From positions 32,001-96,000 of IMG/VR virus record IMGVR_UViG_3300017792_000017: a DNA stretch of 64,000 nt. The stretch is one strand, 5' to 3'. This DNA comes from a virus. Below, in pieces: positions 1 through 9,501 of the stretch. The translations under genes and the position numbers were made by a program. Every line of letters starts with the position of its first letter. The stretch's first letter is position 1. Under the pieces are notes generated by a model. That model did not search any database. It worked only from the letters and a program-made list of their open reading frames with translations, and was not told the DNA's origin.

Positions 1-501
1 TGAACATTGTTCAAATGCGAGAGTATTAGCACGTACTATATGAATTCCATTGAATCCATTTACGCCACGAACATTTCTAAACACTACTCTCGTAGCCCAA
101 TTTACAGACAACGTGTATCCCCCTGTCATATTTGAGGCATCAATACGTATATTCTCAAGACCACCTCCTGTTGCTCCAAGTGTGGAGACCGACACGCAGT
201 CAAAACTACCTGCGAACTTAAGAGTAGTATTAAATCCCTGACCTAAAATTCTTTGTCCAGAAGTTGCCAAGGTTATTCCTGCATTTAGCAAGTACGTCCT
301 TGGTCCACAGAGTATGGTTTTGCCAGTTGCTAATGCCGCAATGAATGCAGCGCTATCGTCAGTAGTGCCATTGCCCGTTGCTCCGAAATCCTCTGGAGAT
401 GTCATTTCAGCGAGCTTGTCATGCAACGATCTGTCTACTCCACCAGCGCCAAGCAGGGAGCCTAGAAATCTAATTAGTTTTGAACCGGGAAAAGTAGCCA
501 T
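1..501 (-). CDS. Tailspike/depolymerase with pectate-lyase-3-like N-terminus (partial, runs off the window)
   Basis: Manual translation from ATG at 501: MATFPGSK...RSLHDKLAEMTSPEDFGATGNGTTDDSAAF...; DFGAxGxGxTDD motif; frame open to base 1. Not in the ORF track. Confidence 0.8.
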   Translation of the reverse strand, partial: MATFPGSKLIRFLGSLLGAGGVDRSLHDKLAEMTSPEDFGATGNGTTDDSAAFIAALATGKTILCGPRTYLLNAGITLATSGQRILGQGFNTTLKFAGSFDCVSVSTLGATGGGLENIRIDASNMTGGYTLSVNWATRVVFRNVRGVNGFNGIHIVRANTLAFEQCS

Positions 502-537
502 GTTTTTGTAAGGTTAGAGACTTCTATTTTAGGCAAT

Positions 538-562
538 AAAAAAGCCAGGATAAACCTGGCTC
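538..562 (-). terminator. Intrinsic terminator
   Basis: agccagg/cctggct stem followed by a U-run on the minus strand. Confidence 0.7.
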
Positions 563-565
563 TGT

Positions 566-1243
566 TTAGAGGCTTCCTGCTGCTGTCTGTATCCAGGCTG
601 TTCCAGTGTATATGAAATCAGCCCAAGTCCCTGCTGTGTTGAGTAGTTTAAGCCCTGCACCTACTGTGACAGTAAATGCTCCAGTCGCTGCTGCAGTTCT
701 TGTTACTCTCACCGTGAAGCCTTGCGTACCACCAGTTGGTAGAGAGACAGTTCTATTTGCTGTAAGCGGTGCTGTGTACGTTACTACGATATCACGTGCG
801 ATACCTAGTGTAATATTTGCATCGCCTACGGACACAACGGCTGTGCTTGAAAATGTATTAGTAGAGCTTGCATTAGACCACTTAACTTCGATTGATGTTA
901 CGCCAAGAGGAATAACTGAACCAAAGGTGATCAGTGTACCGCTTACAGTAAATGTATTAACGTTTTGATACACGCCATCGAAGAACACCCACACTGACGA
1001 AGCATTAGGAGGAGCTGAAATAAGAGTGACATCATTGTCAGTGCCAGCTACGAAATCAACGCCAGCAGCGAAGTCTTGAGACGATACACCGCCTGAAGTA
1101 ATAGCTGCAGCAAGAATGTCAATAGCAGCTTGAAGCAGTGTGTCATTTGAGGCCAGATCCTGTAGTGGACGATTATCTGCTGTGTAGTGGTAGACATCGT
1201 CCTGGGTGTAGAATCTAACAGGGTTAAAGGTTACTAAGCTCAT
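566..1243 (-). CDS. Virion structural/tail-fibre-associated protein
   Basis: 225 aa, T/G/A-rich beta protein with a VFFDGVYQ...FTVSGTLITF module; in the tail gene cluster. Confidence 0.6.
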   Translation of the reverse strand: MSLVTFNPVRFYTQDDVYHYTADNRPLQDLASNDTLLQAAIDILAAAITSGGVSSQDFAAGVDFVAGTDNDVTLISAPPNASSVWVFFDGVYQNVNTFTVSGTLITFGSVIPLGVTSIEVKWSNASSTNTFSSTAVVSVGDANITLGIARDIVVTYTAPLTANRTVSLPTGGTQGFTVRVTRTAAATGAFTVTVGAGLKLLNTAGTWADFIYTGTAWIQTAAGSL

Positions 1244-1269
1244 AATTCTTCTAAAGTTGTGTTTCTATT

Positions 1270-1773
1270 TTATAGTACTGGTTTGATCGTGAAGCAAACT
1301 GGGATTCTAGGTAGAGGGCCCCAATTGCCATCTCTGTAAGTGCCAGTATCAGCATTGTACAGATTAAACGCTTTCCAGCCTAGCTTAACTTGAAGATGCT
1401 TACCGCCGTATTCATAGTTGAATTGACCGTTAGGGCCTTTAGCGAAAAAACGCGTAGTCCCGTCTTGAGTCTTTACAAACGTTGCAGTCCACTGAGTCTT
1501 ATCCCAGGCTACGCCAAGAGGCTCATAGTCAAATGTGTAACCTGGATTACGACGTAGCCATTTCGTAGCTACTTCCTCATCAGTACCCGTAAATCCATAC
1601 TGAGGCTGACGACCTTCAAATAACGTTGCATCAAAGGTTTGAAACCATGAGAGCCATTTAGGAAGATTGCCTTCAGCATCTACGAACTTAGCGATAAGCG
1701 GTGCAAAGATCATCGTAACAACTACAAACAGAAGCGATGCAATTGCGTAGAACGGGTACAGAATGAGAAACAT
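1270..1773 (-). CDS. Hypothetical phage protein with N-terminal TM helix
   Basis: 167 aa, hydrophobic N-terminus, W-rich (WLSWFQT, WLRRNP). Confidence 0.55.
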   Translation of the reverse strand: MFLILYPFYAIASLLFVVVTMIFAPLIAKFVDAEGNLPKWLSWFQTFDATLFEGRQPQYGFTGTDEEVATKWLRRNPGYTFDYEPLGVAWDKTQWTATFVKTQDGTTRFFAKGPNGQFNYEYGGKHLQVKLGWKAFNLYNADTGTYRDGNWGPLPRIPVCFTIKPVL

Positions 1774-1782
1774 GTTTGTCCT

Positions 1783-3078
1783 TTAGACGAAGAGTGTTGG
1801 ATCGATGGCGTTCGAAAGCTGAATAAGGCTATATCCGTATGGAGTTTCGTGTGTACCGTCGCCAGTAACAGGGCTATAGATACCTGTTGATCCAGTAGGG
1901 GCTTTCCACAACCCACTATCACGAGCTGATTCTACAGCATCTGCTACTTCAAAGTAAGCCCAGAGTGGACTTGGTTTAGTACGAATCCAGTTATTTAGAA
2001 TAACACGTTGTGGATTAGTACCTGCTGTAGTCTGGTTAGCTAGGGTAAGCCAAGTATCTGTACTGGCAGTTACAGGAGGAATCGTTGACTGAGAAATCTT
2101 CTTAGTCGGAAACAATGCGTACCCAGCCTGAAGCGCTGCTTGAATAACTGCGGCTGTACGGCCTGCTGTAAGATCGTTAACACCATATTCGAAATGAACG
2201 TGGGTGTGGTATTGAGCCAAATTACTACGGAATGTAGGAAATGCATTGAACTGTTGAATCGTATCTGTTTCACAGCCACAGTTAGTATACGGCAATAAGT
2301 GGCCAATAGAGCGGAACACTTCCCCCATACCGAAATAGCCAAAGTCTGCAGCTGTAGTCAGAGTACTTTGAGCATCTGAACGACCAGACATACGGCTATC
2401 CCCATATCCGATTACGCTAGGCACTGAAGACTTACCAAGGACGGCCAGAGGATACATAGTCCATGCACCGCCCGCTGTGCCACCACTTGCAGTCATACCA
2501 GTTAGGAATGAACGAGGATCAACAGTAAGTGCAGCTAATTGCGCAGCGCTGTATTGAGTTGCAACATCAAAGGTAGAAATAGTAACAGCGTTTGCTGAAA
2601 CAGGAATACTCACTGCTGATGGAAATGTCTGCCAACGGTGAACCCAGAATGTAGCACCCTTTGGAATAGCTAGTTTAATAGCGTCGGTTGTTACATTAGA
2701 TCCAGCAGCACATGTTGTTGATTGATTTCCGCCAAATGTTGCTAGTTTGTATACGCCTTGAGGGTACTCAATAGAGATCATCTCAGTTGATGTAGCCGGG
2801 CCAGAAAACTCACCAGTGTTATTAGCGTACCAGTTACCAACTACGATTTGAACGCCATCGGCTGCAAGAATATGGTCGCCCATATTAGTATGCTGTGATT
2901 TTGACTTCATAGCTTGAACAGAAGCTACGGTTTGATAGTTCTGACGGCAACGAGTTGCAATGTTACGAACTGTTTGCCCCGGAGGTGTAGTAGAGCCACC
3001 ACCTGAAGAACTACCAACTCCAGCAAGCTTAAGAAGCTTTTTAAATTCGCCTAGACCTAGACTCATTGCTTCACCCAA
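1783..3078 (-). CDS. SGNH/GDSL hydrolase (probably a virion-associated esterase)
   Basis: GYGDS (block I), YGVND (block III), DGTH (block V); real start may be 3066. Confidence 0.8.
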   Translation of the reverse strand: MGEAMSLGLGEFKKLLKLAGVGSSSGGGSTTPPGQTVRNIATRCRQNYQTVASVQAMKSKSQHTNMGDHILAADGVQIVVGNWYANNTGEFSGPATSTEMISIEYPQGVYKLATFGGNQSTTCAAGSNVTTDAIKLAIPKGATFWVHRWQTFPSAVSIPVSANAVTISTFDVATQYSAAQLAALTVDPRSFLTGMTASGGTAGGAWTMYPLAVLGKSSVPSVIGYGDSRMSGRSDAQSTLTTAADFGYFGMGEVFRSIGHLLPYTNCGCETDTIQQFNAFPTFRSNLAQYHTHVHFEYGVNDLTAGRTAAVIQAALQAGYALFPTKKISQSTIPPVTASTDTWLTLANQTTAGTNPQRVILNNWIRTKPSPLWAYFEVADAVESARDSGLWKAPTGSTGIYSPVTGDGTHETPYGYSLIQLSNAIDPTLFV

Positions 3079-3284
3079 GCGCTTTCGCCAGTCAAGTTAC
3101 TGCCGGTATAAGTATAGGTCTTGACCCAAGTGTTGACACCGTCTGTAATGGTGTCTGTGATAAGATTGTTTGAGCCGTCGTAGCCGTATGTATGAGCTAG
3201 AGAAGACGGACTGATTAGTTGAGAACCAGTTGAGTCAAATACTAACTCAATGGTTGCGTCGGTAGAAGCTGATGTAAAAGCCAT
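3063..3284 (-). CDS. Small protein with YD-repeat-like segment
   Basis: HTYGYDGSNNL...KTYTYTGSNLT; late-type motif upstream. Confidence 0.55.
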   Translation of the reverse strand: MAFTSASTDATIELVFDSTGSQLISPSSLAHTYGYDGSNNLITDTITDGVNTWVKTYTYTGSNLTGESAWVKQ

Positions 3285-3314
3285 GATGAGGTATCCTGGA
3301 AAGATACCTCTATT

Positions 3315-3635
3315 TTACTCGGAACTAACTATGCCCGAGCCAGTAGTTGCAGTGTAAATTCCAGCGGCATCACCAATAATATGTCCTTGGTCTCCGACAC
3401 GGTGGAAAGCATTGCCGTTAATGTCTTGACTAAGCCCAGAGCCAGTCGTAGCAATTGTTTGGTGTCCGCACGTAGCGTTGCCAATAGCGCCGATTGTGCA
3501 AACGACTAATCCATCAGCAGTAACAGTAGTGCCTGGATTACTAATGAAAGTAGTAGTGTAGGGAGTAGGAGAAGCATGGAGGTGACAGATTCCTTGGCCT
3601 TGATCTCCAATACGGCAGACTGGCTTTTGGGCCAT
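3315..3635 (-). CDS. PAAR-like spike tip protein
   Basis: Three degenerate PAAR repeats (PVCRIGD, VVCTIGA, AFHRVGD) with Cys/His ligands. Confidence 0.8.
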   Translation of the reverse strand: MAQKPVCRIGDQGQGICHLHASPTPYTTTFISNPGTTVTADGLVVCTIGAIGNATCGHQTIATTGSGLSQDINGNAFHRVGDQGHIIGDAAGIYTATTGSGIVSSE

Positions 3636-4009
3636 TACGCCACCGTATCAGAAAGAATTGTTACAAATCCGTTCATGAAAGGAGTACGTTTGCCCTGAGG
3701 AGAAGTCAAAACAAGGTTATATACAGCGCGGTTCCAAAGAACGTTAGTCGTCTGTTCAGCAGTGAACGTAACTGTGACTAGGCCAGTATCTCCACCAAGA
3801 GTAATACCGCCAAGCGTAGTTGAAAGCTCAAGTACGAACGCACCATTAGCATAGCCATCATAAGTGCCATTCATGTTTTCCTTAAGCTTCATATCTGCTG
3901 TGTAGTCAGTCAGATCGATGGGTAAGCCTGTTGAGAGATCAACATATAAAAAGGACTGAGTAAAATCAGTCCCTTCAGTTATTTCAAAGTGAGTAACGTT
4001 TCTTGTCAT
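3635..4009 (-). CDS. Baseplate/tail-associated protein (BppU-like)
   Basis: EGTDFTQ...PIDLTDYTA...AVYNLVL pattern typical of this phage beta-sandwich family. Confidence 0.5.
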   Translation of the reverse strand: MTRNVTHFEITEGTDFTQSFLYVDLSTGLPIDLTDYTADMKLKENMNGTYDGYANGAFVLELSTTLGGITLGGDTGLVTVTFTAEQTTNVLWNRAVYNLVLTSPQGKRTPFMNGFVTILSDTVA

Positions 4010-4284
4010 GGTTTAGTGCAAGCATTAAGCGCTGCTTCTAGTTTAGCCGTATATGCGATCAAGTAGTCGTTCTCAGCAGCGAGTAGGGCCAAGTTGGTAT
4101 AAAGCAAGTCGCCTTTTTTAGCCTGTGTAAACACATATTTAGGCTTAGTGATATTTTGCTTCTCACACTTAATGGTCACAGGAACTTTCACTTCTTTGGT
4201 AACGTACTGGACTTCGGGTTGAGCAGCGCCAAACACGGTACAGCCAGACAAGAGCATGGCTGTGATGAGAATTAACTTTTTCAT
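4006..4284 (-). CDS. o-spanin lipoprotein (Rz1-like)
   Basis: Signal peptide with lipobox LLSGC; follows the i-spanin in the lysis cassette. Confidence 0.75.
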   Translation of the reverse strand: MKKLILITAMLLSGCTVFGAAQPEVQYVTKEVKVPVTIKCEKQNITKPKYVFTQAKKGDLLYTNLALLAAENDYLIAYTAKLEAALNACTKP

Positions 4285-4292
4285 GATGACTC

Positions 4293-4709
4293 TTACGGTT
4301 GATTAGCTTGACGATTATCGATTAACTGATCCATCAATGCTTTACTATTGGCGTAATCGTCGGTGCCAGTAGGCTTTTGTGCAAGAATCGTTTTGGCGTG
4401 GCTTGTGAATGTCTTAGCCTTGACAGTAGCTTCGCTTACTGCAACGGCAGCGGATGCAGTGGCAGTAGCTTCAGCTTGTGCTAGAGCGTCTGTGTTGGCG
4501 CTACAATCACTGGCTGCAGATTCGAATTGAGCAGCAGTAGCCTGTGAGGAACCAATCTTCTGATTTAGAGAAGCAATGGTTGTGTTGAGCGTCTTGATGT
4601 GGAAATACTCTACGGTGCAGAATAGTGCCAAGACTAGTACTAGTACGCCGATGGTGATACCAAGCCAGTGCGAAAAGAAAGCCTTAATAAGTGCAAATGA
4701 TGTAAACAT
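4293..4709 (-). CDS. i-spanin (Rz-like)
   Basis: N-terminal TM helix then Ala-rich coiled coil; between holin and lipoprotein. Confidence 0.7.
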   Translation of the reverse strand: MFTSFALIKAFFSHWLGITIGVLVLVLALFCTVEYFHIKTLNTTIASLNQKIGSSQATAAQFESAASDCSANTDALAQAEATATASAAVAVSEATVKAKTFTSHAKTILAQKPTGTDDYANSKALMDQLIDNRQANQP

Positions 4710-4761
4710 ATGTTTGTCCCTTGATTAAGAGAAGTCTATTCCACACTGACCCGGCTGTCAA

Positions 4762-5025
4762 TTACTTCTTAGTGATATCAGTGTCGGTAAGTGCCTTGGC
4801 AGCAACACCAGCACCGATAGCTGCAAAGCCTCCACAAAGGGTAGTGAAAGCAAGTGCCATGTTTTGGCCATCGAAATGACCTTGGAAAATACTTGCAGCG
4901 TAGCCAGCAATGAACATTACTACTGTGGGAACGCTGAGGCCCATTGATAGAATACGGACTGGACAGAAGCTTACGCCGTCGTTTTCTGTGATTAGATCTT
5001 TAAGAAATTGTTTGATTGAGAACAT
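4762..5025 (-). CDS. Putative holin
   Basis: 87 aa, two TM segments, immediately downstream of endolysin. Confidence 0.6.
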   Translation of the reverse strand: MFSIKQFLKDLITENDGVSFCPVRILSMGLSVPTVVMFIAGYAASIFQGHFDGQNMALAFTTLCGGFAAIGAGVAAKALTDTDITKK

Positions 5026-5028
5026 GGT

Positions 5029-5568
5029 TTAGTTAACTCCTAGGACTTTCTTGGCACGGGCCCAGTAGGCTTGTCTGTCGGCCAGACCATTAGTGCCGCC
5101 ATTAATTCGCTTGGTTACTTTTAAAAAGGCGTCATCAGTATTAGGCTGAGCCAAGTCTGAAAGATTTTTATCCTTCCAGAATTGTCCTGCTGATAGTGCG
5201 GCCCATTCAGGCAAAGCTAAGTCAGTGGGGTGAGACAGAAAATCGTGGTCAAGAGCCATTGTCATTGCAGCGTAATTAGATCTGCCTGTAACCTGGATTA
5301 GACCTCGACCCTTATACAGCACACCGTCACCCTTCTGAGTATTTCCCAGATCCTTACGCCCTTCATAGGCTTGTCCTGAAGCGAGTTCTGTCGTATAGAT
5401 ACATCCACAGCTCTCATGCATGACTTGAGCGATGAACATAGCAACGATTGGCATTTCAGTAATGCCGTATTTAATCAACGTTTCATTGATTGGATCTGTG
5501 AACGTGTCCAGACGAGTTTGATTCATCGTCGGAGCGATTGTTTTGAGTTGTGCTTGTGTAAGTATCAT
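5029..5568 (-). CDS. Endolysin, glycoside hydrolase family 19
   Basis: FIAQVMHES, YKGRGLIQVTGRSNY, TKRINGGTNGLADR motifs. Confidence 0.9.
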   Translation of the reverse strand: MILTQAQLKTIAPTMNQTRLDTFTDPINETLIKYGITEMPIVAMFIAQVMHESCGCIYTTELASGQAYEGRKDLGNTQKGDGVLYKGRGLIQVTGRSNYAAMTMALDHDFLSHPTDLALPEWAALSAGQFWKDKNLSDLAQPNTDDAFLKVTKRINGGTNGLADRQAYWARAKKVLGVN

Positions 5569-5639
5569 AAAAAAATCACCGCTAGTTGCCTATACGGTGA
5601 TTTTAGATGAAACGTCAATAGGAGAAATGTTACAAAGTG

Positions 5640-6398
5640 TTATACACCAATTGCAAGCCAGGAGCACCCTGTCGTACCGGCACCTGCAGAAGGTACCGTT
5701 AATTTAAATTGGGAAGTGCTGATAGCCTGGATACCTATACCAACGCTATTCGTTGTAAGTGAAAGGTTAAAACCCAAGCTTGCATAAGTAGCCAAACAGC
5801 TATTTGGAAACGTCATCGCAAAATTGCTAGTTGTAGTTGTCTGGGCGGTATAGTTTCCATTTCCCCATTGTAAAATAACTCCACTTGGTAATTTTTGAAA
5901 GCCAGCTGTTGACAAAAGTGAGGTACTAAACATAGCATTTTGACTCAAAATACGAGGAGTATTTCCAATTACAACCCATGAAGTTGGACCTACAACGATA
6001 GCAGTTAAATACTCGTCCACGCCCATCAAGATACTTGTATTAGGATTATTAGCTCCTACTAAGGTATCGCCAGCAAACGTTGCTACAGTCAATGCAGTAG
6101 CACCACCTGCAGCAGAAATAGTGATCTGAGAGCCAATTGCCATTGTACTAACTTGTGGCAAAGTAATTGTTAATGTAGTTCCAGCGCATGTAATGAAAAA
6201 ACCGGCATGGGCCGCAGTAAGCGCTGTATTTACCCCTAAGCTCAAATACCCTGAAAAATTTCCAAGTGCTCGTTGCACAAAACCCGTTGTTGACAAATTT
6301 GTACCATTGTCAAACTGCGGAGGAGTAGTTGTTGTGACGTAAGTTGACCCTGCAGTAAGCAGATCAGTCAAATTACCTAAATTTCTTGTACGTGCCAT
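5640..6398 (-). CDS. Tail fibre protein with gp53-like C-terminal domain
   Basis: PQFDN...FVQRALGN and GFQKLPSGVILQWG motifs. Confidence 0.8.
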   Translation of the reverse strand: MARTRNLGNLTDLLTAGSTYVTTTTPPQFDNGTNLSTTGFVQRALGNFSGYLSLGVNTALTAAHAGFFITCAGTTLTITLPQVSTMAIGSQITISAAGGATALTVATFAGDTLVGANNPNTSILMGVDEYLTAIVVGPTSWVVIGNTPRILSQNAMFSTSLLSTAGFQKLPSGVILQWGNGNYTAQTTTTSNFAMTFPNSCLATYASLGFNLSLTTNSVGIGIQAISTSQFKLTVPSAGAGTTGCSWLAIGV

Positions 6399-6411
6399 TT
6401 TTATTTATTCC

Positions 6412-7452
6412 TTAGTTACCAATTGCAACAACGAAGTAAGCAGTAGCGGTACTTCCAGTAGTAGGGTTACCTACGGTACAGTTGGTAGTTGACTTATTAA
6501 AAACTTCAGGAGCTGCATAATTTCCAGCCGCGCCAAACGCAGTAGCAGTTACTCCGATACATTGTGTTGGAAAAGTAATAGGGAAGGTTACTACTGTGGT
6601 AGTATTAAACGCTACTGCTGCGCTATAACCCCACTGCATTACAAATCCACTAGGAAGTTTTTGGAAACCGTTGTTTGAAAAATTTGGAAGAAACGAACCA
6701 GATAAGCCAATCTGAACTGATCCACCTACAACGTACCACTGCCCAGTACCCATGTACACCAAAGTTGCTGAATCTCCAGCGTTTAAAACGATAGAGTTAA
6801 CGTTATTTGAAAAGTTCGTAGAAATAACGTCTGAGCCCTGCCGTTGAATAATGTTAGTACCTCCGCCACTAACAAATTCTACTCTAGTACCAATAACTGC
6901 ACTAGTAGTAGCAGGAAGAGTTACCGTTATATTGTTACCTTGAATGTTACAAATCGATCCTGCAACTTGCGCTACAGTGAGGGTAGTGTTTGAAGAAACT
7001 CCAAAATTTGCGGAGTATTGTAATCCAAACTGTCTAACCCAAGCTGTACTTGCATTACGAATAGTACTATCAAATTGAGGTGCAGTCGTAGTTCTAGAAG
7101 CGCTCTCCAATGCTACAATCCATGACGTAACCATGTTTTGAACAAGAATACGTTCACCGGGAAGAATAGAAAATGAAGTAAAGCTTGAACCAAGCAGAAG
7201 TGCAGTGTCTGAACCAGCGCAGTTTACTGTGCAAAGAGCAGAGCTACTATTGAAAATGCTGTATGACTTGGATGGGAAATTCACACCATCAAGTGAAGGA
7301 AGCGTGATTGTATAACCGCCAGCACCAGTAATCATGAACTGTTTGTCATACGTAGCTGCACCAACGCCAAGGGTAGTGTTCCCGACGATTGTGACTACTG
7401 CTTGCTGATTAGGAGGAGATACTGGGTAAAGAGGTAGACCAAAATAGCTCAT
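6412..7452 (-). CDS. Tail fibre protein with gp53-like C-terminal domain
   Basis: APQFDS...AWV and GFQKLPSGFVMQWG...FPITFP. Confidence 0.8.
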   Translation of the reverse strand: MSYFGLPLYPVSPPNQQAVVTIVGNTTLGVGAATYDKQFMITGAGGYTITLPSLDGVNFPSKSYSIFNSSSALCTVNCAGSDTALLLGSSFTSFSILPGERILVQNMVTSWIVALESASRTTTAPQFDSTIRNASTAWVRQFGLQYSANFGVSSNTTLTVAQVAGSICNIQGNNITVTLPATTSAVIGTRVEFVSGGGTNIIQRQGSDVISTNFSNNVNSIVLNAGDSATLVYMGTGQWYVVGGSVQIGLSGSFLPNFSNNGFQKLPSGFVMQWGYSAAVAFNTTTVVTFPITFPTQCIGVTATAFGAAGNYAAPEVFNKSTTNCTVGNPTTGSTATAYFVVAIGN

Positions 7453-7481
7453 AGTTTATAGTTTCTAAAAACTACGAGCAA

Positions 7482-7868
7482 TCATTGTGTACTCGTAGTT
7501 GAATGTTCTTTCTCAATGAATTTTAATACTTTCTCTTGAGTTAGACTTGTGCCTGAGCCAACTATATTGAATAGATAGTAAGCTGTTCCCCAAAGCATGA
7601 ATACTAAAACTGATAGATGGAGAAGTAACTCGCTCGGCTGAACCACTTTGTAGCCCAGAATACCTAAACAGTAAGCATTGCTGAAAGCTGAGATGGAGAG
7701 AAGTATTAGAATGTATCGAAGAGACGTGAACCACTTGTTCTTGATATTCTTGTTCTTAATTACAAACGCAAAAAAGAAACCACAGAAACCCATCCCTATT
7801 GAAATAAGGAAATTAAGAACAAGCGGTATATTTACATCAGCAAGCAGGTTTAAAAAAGTCGAGATCAT
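7482..7868 (-). CDS. Membrane protein (3 TM)
   Basis: 128 aa with three hydrophobic segments; overlaps the upstream holin-like gene. Confidence 0.55.
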   Translation of the reverse strand: MISTFLNLLADVNIPLVLNFLISIGMGFCGFFFAFVIKNKNIKNKWFTSLRYILILLSISAFSNAYCLGILGYKVVQPSELLLHLSVLVFMLWGTAYYLFNIVGSGTSLTQEKVLKFIEKEHSTTSTQ

Positions 7869-8314
7869 TTGTTTTCCTCAAATGGCCCACCTTGAGAAGG
7901 AAGAGACCGGCGATCTTCAATGACTATAGTCTCACGGATAACTTGCTTTTCATCGTCGCGTGAATCGCCGCCGATTACTCTGTTTACGATTTGATCTACT
8001 GCGTCTTCGCCTCGTTTGTCGATCCATCTTAGAACTGCTCTGATTACATATACACCAACGGCGCCTAAAGCCCAAGAGAGAGCAACTACACCCTCTGTCG
8101 AATGAACGTTAGCGTTATCTGCAATCCAAGGACCCATGAAAATAGCAAAGGATGAACCTACTATCGCCATGAATAAAGCGTTCTTGAAACTAGTCTTGTT
8201 TTGATCACTTAATGCAAGAATAGGAACGACAGAGCCAGATACACCCGCAAGGATGGACCATGCTTTAGCAATAGTAAAGATTGCCCCAGCAGATGTAGTG
8301 ACTGGCTCGGCCAT
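7865..8314 (-). CDS. Holin-like membrane protein
   Basis: MAEPVTTS N-terminus, three TM segments, charged C-terminal tail. Confidence 0.55.
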   Translation of the reverse strand: MAEPVTTSAGAIFTIAKAWSILAGVSGSVVPILALSDQNKTSFKNALFMAIVGSSFAIFMGPWIADNANVHSTEGVVALSWALGAVGVYVIRAVLRWIDKRGEDAVDQIVNRVIGGDSRDDEKQVIRETIVIEDRRSLPSQGGPFEENK

Positions 8315-8339
8315 AGAATATTCCCCTATTAATTTAGTA

Positions 8340-8855
8340 TTATGTCGAAGCTTCTACTTCGAATTTCTTTGCATTTTGTAACTGGTCTGTAACAGCGCCT
8401 GGCCAAGGAATAGATGGTAACCCTACTGGGTTCCAACCACATAGTTTATATATGGTCGCTGATAGTGCGCTGCAGACTAGGTCGGCTCCATCAGATTGTG
8501 GGAGAGGGATGCCGAACACTTTGTAACCAAAGATACGAGCTAAATCAATAAAACCATAAGGGATTCTTGAACCAAGCTCGGACCAAATTACAGCCTCGCA
8601 CTTGTCACGGTCAACTGGACACTCAAAAACATCAAAGTCGTATTCCGCTTCTTGTGAAAGGGGAACGACGTTGCAGCCTCCAGCGTTTGTCTGAGCTAAC
8701 AGCAAACGACCACCTGCCCAAATTGCAATGCCCGTATGTGTGTACGGGCTATTCGTTACAATTCGGGTCGCAATGGGCAAGAACTGGAATTTCTTATTTC
8801 TTACAGCGATAAGATCGCCAGTCTTGATAGAATTGCGTACATCATCGTACTTCAT
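8340..8855 (-). CDS. Permuted papain-like NlpC/P60 (YiiX-like) enzyme
   Basis: GDLI...YTHTGI (His before Cys)...LVCSAL. Confidence 0.75.
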   Translation of the reverse strand: MKYDDVRNSIKTGDLIAVRNKKFQFLPIATRIVTNSPYTHTGIAIWAGGRLLLAQTNAGGCNVVPLSQEAEYDFDVFECPVDRDKCEAVIWSELGSRIPYGFIDLARIFGYKVFGIPLPQSDGADLVCSALSATIYKLCGWNPVGLPSIPWPGAVTDQLQNAKKFEVEAST

Positions 8856-8868
8856 TTAAAACTCCGGG

Positions 8869-9465
8869 TTATTCGACCGAAGCTGAGCCTGCTTGTGCTT
8901 CAATTTGTGCAAACGCAGCCTGAGCCGTGCTTACAGCTGAGTTAACAGCATCTACCGTAGTTGCCGTACTCACTGCAACCTTTGCTGTACGACGTGCTGT
9001 TTCGATTGCTGCTGCAAGATTGCACCACAGATCGTACTGGGCAAGAATATCGTCACAAGCAGCCTGTGCTGACTTATCAGTAGCCGTAGCTTCTGACTGT
9101 ACTAGGCCTGGAACTGTGCCGGTGTAGTTAGCAGCCTTGAACGCTGCAGCTTGATTTTGCTTAAGCAGATATGTTGCAACTTGACCTGAGTTAGCCGTGA
9201 TGAACTTTCCACGAAGCACTTCTGCAGCGTCGTCAAGAGCTGCTAGTGAGCGTGCTTGAACATCAGCAAGTGGAGGAGCAGGAGGATCTACTAGAATAGG
9301 GTTGCCATTAGCATCAGCCGTAATTAGCTTGCCTGCAGATTGACCTGTAAGCAGCGCTTGATGTTGTACTTCAGTAATCGCTACTGCGTCTGAAGGAATT
9401 TGTGCAGCCGTGTGGATTGAATCATCGTAGAATCCACCAGTTGACTTTGAATAAAAAAGTGCCAT
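8869..9465 (-). CDS. Tail fibre assembly protein
   Basis: FYSKSTGGFYD...IPSDAVAITE...GKLITADANGNPILVDPP; follows a fibre gene. Confidence 0.75.
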   Translation of the reverse strand: MALFYSKSTGGFYDDSIHTAAQIPSDAVAITEVQHQALLTGQSAGKLITADANGNPILVDPPAPPLADVQARSLAALDDAAEVLRGKFITANSGQVATYLLKQNQAAAFKAANYTGTVPGLVQSEATATDKSAQAACDDILAQYDLWCNLAAAIETARRTAKVAVSTATTVDAVNSAVSTAQAAFAQIEAQAGSASVE

Positions 9466-9501
9466 TTGTTTGCCTTGTTAATTACTATGTGATTTTAATT
9501 C

